Origin: Promethearchaeota archaeon
GTDB lineage: Archaea; Asgardarchaeota; Lokiarchaeia; Sigyniarchaeales; SOKP01
Length of the DNA: 64,000 bases
Reading direction: 5' to 3'
Assembly (NCBI GenBank): GCA_030599585.1
Contig: JAUVNS010000002.1
Coordinates: forward strand, 1-64,000
The notes beneath the pieces are model-generated. The model saw nothing but the letters and a program-made list of their open reading frames with translations. It was not told the origin of the DNA and searched no databases. Of the stretch, positions 62,015 through 64,000 are shown in pieces. The position numbers were made by a program, and so were the translations under genes. The first letter of the stretch is position 1; each line of letters starts with the position of its first letter.

Positions 62015-62425
62015 ATGATACTAATGAATAAAAAAAAAACAATTGAACAGGAAATAATAATTAAGGGCACGCCTCACGAAATTTATGAAGTGTTTATGGA
62101 TGCAAAAAAACATTCTAAATTAACTGAGAGCAAGGCTAAAGTAAGTCGTGAAGTTGGGGGAAGTTTTTCAATATACGAAGGAGCACTAAGTGGAAAAAAT
62201 GTCGAATTGATACAGGATAAGAAGATAGTCCAAACGTGGCGTGGTGATGGCGAGAATTGGCCAAAGGGGTATTATTCAAAAATTACTCTAATCTTTGAGC
62301 CCGATGATAAAGGAACTTTGATAAAATTTACACATATAGACATTCCTGAAGCGTCTTATGAATCAGTGAAAGAAGGATGGGACATGTATTATTGGGAACC
62401 ACTTAAAGAAATGTTTGGGAAATAA
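62015..62425 (+). CDS. SRPBCC / AHSA1-like domain protein
   Basis: PHEIYEVFMD..VGGSFS..KKIVQTWR...GWDMYYWEPLK. Confidence 0.85.
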   Translation: MILMNKKKTIEQEIIIKGTPHEIYEVFMDAKKHSKLTESKAKVSREVGGSFSIYEGALSGKNVELIQDKKIVQTWRGDGENWPKGYYSKITLIFEPDDKGTLIKFTHIDIPEASYESVKEGWDMYYWEPLKEMFGK

Positions 62426-62431
62426 TCAGTT

Positions 62432-62617
62432 TTACAAAAATTTGTCCATGAGGTATCTCTTTGCCTTTATATCAGTTATGCTAAAATCTAATGTATCGAT
62501 GACATGTTGAGCCTGGTCATTAGCGATTTCCCTTGCTTCTTTTTCATCTTTAGCGCTAATTTTGAATTTTCTATACGGAAAAAGGTGGAATTTTACTTTT
62601 ACATCATAATCTGGCAA
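62432..62617 (-). CDS. Small hypothetical protein
   Basis: 61-aa ORF filling the gap; TTG start with GAGGG upstream. Confidence 0.55.
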   Translation of the reverse strand: MPDYDVKVKFHLFPYRKFKISAKDEKEAREIANDQAQHVIDTLDFSITDIKAKRYLMDKFL

Positions 62618-62882
62618 CTTGAGTCCCTCTAGTTATTTAAATATTATCAAAAAGGTTTACTATACTTTAAGAAATCTTATGTTATAAAGCTAAATTATCT
62701 ACCAGACAATTCTTCAAATTGTTGAGTTAAAGGACAGACAATAAAAAAAGTATATATTAGATTTCTCAAGTTCACAAATCCTTGTTTATTGTAGATTTCT
62801 TTTTGATAAATTTTTGACGATGATGTAAAGACTTAAATTGAAAAGAGATATTTTTAACTTGCGATTATTCAATTAAATTCGA

Positions 62883-63239
62883 ATGATTTTATTATCGCAT
62901 TTTAAGGTGAAAAATATGGTTTATTTACTAGCAACAGTATGGTTTCCGCCCCATAAGGGAGAGGAAGTTGGAAAGAAGTTTCTTGAAGTTGCAAAGAAAT
63001 TTCCGGAGGATAGGTCCCTCGGAAAACTGGTTTTAGATGGCGCATTGATGAGAACCAAAGATGGTATAAAAGCTATAACAATTTCTAAAGTAAAAGAAGG
63101 GAAACTTGATGATGCACTTGCCAAAGTTAACGATATGTTAGCGTTTTACTCCGAAATCGAAGGCGTAAACTCGAGAGTAGACACTATGGCTACATTAGTA
63201 GAATCTCTGGACATCGTAGGGATTAAAATACCAGAATAA
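62883..63239 (+). CDS. Small hypothetical protein, paralog of 53288-53587
   Basis: Shared FPxHxGxEVGKxFL motif. Likely start is the ATG at 62916 after AGGTGA. Confidence 0.7.
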   Translation: MILLSHFKVKNMVYLLATVWFPPHKGEEVGKKFLEVAKKFPEDRSLGKLVLDGALMRTKDGIKAITISKVKEGKLDDALAKVNDMLAFYSEIEGVNSRVDTMATLVESLDIVGIKIPE

Positions 63240-63614
63240 AACATTTTAAGCATAAATCTTTACTTTTTTTTATTTATTTTTGAAATTGAATTGAATAACT
63301 AGTCTAAATTATTTTAGCCAAATTCATGTAATATTAATTGAATGCTTTTTTCCTTCAATTCATATGACAAAAAGGAAAAAGTCGAATGTACCTCACGGAA
63401 TTTAATTTTACTATTAATCAGCGTGAAAAAAATGAAAAACTGGTTAATAATTTAGAAAAGATATAAATATGTAAATTTATATGTCTAGATTTGTATTATT
63501 TTTTTACAAAAAAGGCGTGTTTAAGAGAACCATTACGACGGGGTAAGTTTAATTAAGATAATACAACTTTAACAAGGTTGGTTAAGAAAATTAAAAAGTT
63601 ATAATTAGGATAAT

Positions 63615-64000
63615 ATGCTTGACGCAATTTTTAAGATTATCATTTTTGGTGATGCAGGTAGTGGAAAAACAACACTAACAAAAAGATTTAAAACAGATTT
63701 ATTCGTATCAGATTCCCAGATGACTATCGGAGTTGACTTTGAAACTAAAACTTTTGAGGTTGATGGAAAAACCGTAAAGTTAATGATCTGGGATTTCGGC
63801 GGTGAGGAGAGATTTCGATTCATGTTACCTGAGTATATAAATGGTACGATGGGGGGGATATTAATGTACGATATTACGCATTATCCGTCTCTTGCTCACA
63901 TTGACGATTGGTTATCCGTTATAAATGGTAAAAAAGATCGATTTCCACTCGTTTTACTTGGCGGTAAAGCTGATTTAGATATAATTAGAGAAATTCCTTT
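63615..64000 (+). CDS. Rab-like small GTPase (eukaryotic signature protein), 3'-truncated; absent from ORF track
   Basis: MLDAIFKIIIFGDAGSGKTT...TIGVDF...IWDFGGEERFR...YDIT...LGGKADL, i.e. G1-G4 plus RabF-like motifs. Confidence 0.9.
   Translation, partial: MLDAIFKIIIFGDAGSGKTTLTKRFKTDLFVSDSQMTIGVDFETKTFEVDGKTVKLMIWDFGGEERFRFMLPEYINGTMGGILMYDITHYPSLAHIDDWLSVINGKKDRFPLVLLGGKADLDIIREIP

Noticed and set aside
63605-63823. 72-aa minus-strand ORF and the other short antisense or nested ORFs in the track (e.g. 244-504, 8499-8741, 51339-51650, 60738-61040)
   Set aside because: Shadow ORFs of well-supported genes, with no motifs or RBS.

Overview
This AT-rich archaeal window is most likely from Lokiarchaeia (Asgard). 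Support: two Loki-CTERM-like surface proteins, a Rab-like small GTPase at the right edge and GGAGGTGA-type RBSs. About 2.6-49.4 kb is a dense defence island, followed by ordinary housekeeping and accessory genes. In order, the island carries: (i) a nuclease-APAZ plus catalytically dead short Argonaute, and a divergent AAA+-wHTH pair; (ii) an ABC-type AAA ATPase/DUF3696-like gene with an unknown partner; (iii) a DISARM-like SNF2 helicase, two paralogous type IIG-like methyltransferases and a giant DEAH/DUF1998/nuclease/HEPN helicase; (iv) TPR-HEPN; (v) a minus-strand operon ParB-like, SNF2, DUF3883 nuclease, TPR-ParB paralog, TM-HEPN; (vi) an unannotated 39-aa SMP-like peptide; (vii) a six-gene operon CARF-wHTH, CARF, PIN, UPF1-like SF1 helicase, unknown, double-HKD PLD; (viii) a frameshifted nuclease-dsRBD gene. 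The most striking non-coding signal is a dyad site, CGTGAAA-TAACCG-TTTCACG. It occurs complete at the island's left border and as three partial copies in alternating orientation, bracketing the first two defence modules like cassette or recombination ends. No CRISPR array, RNA gene, integrase or transposase was recognised. All domain calls are from motif reading only; no database searches were run.
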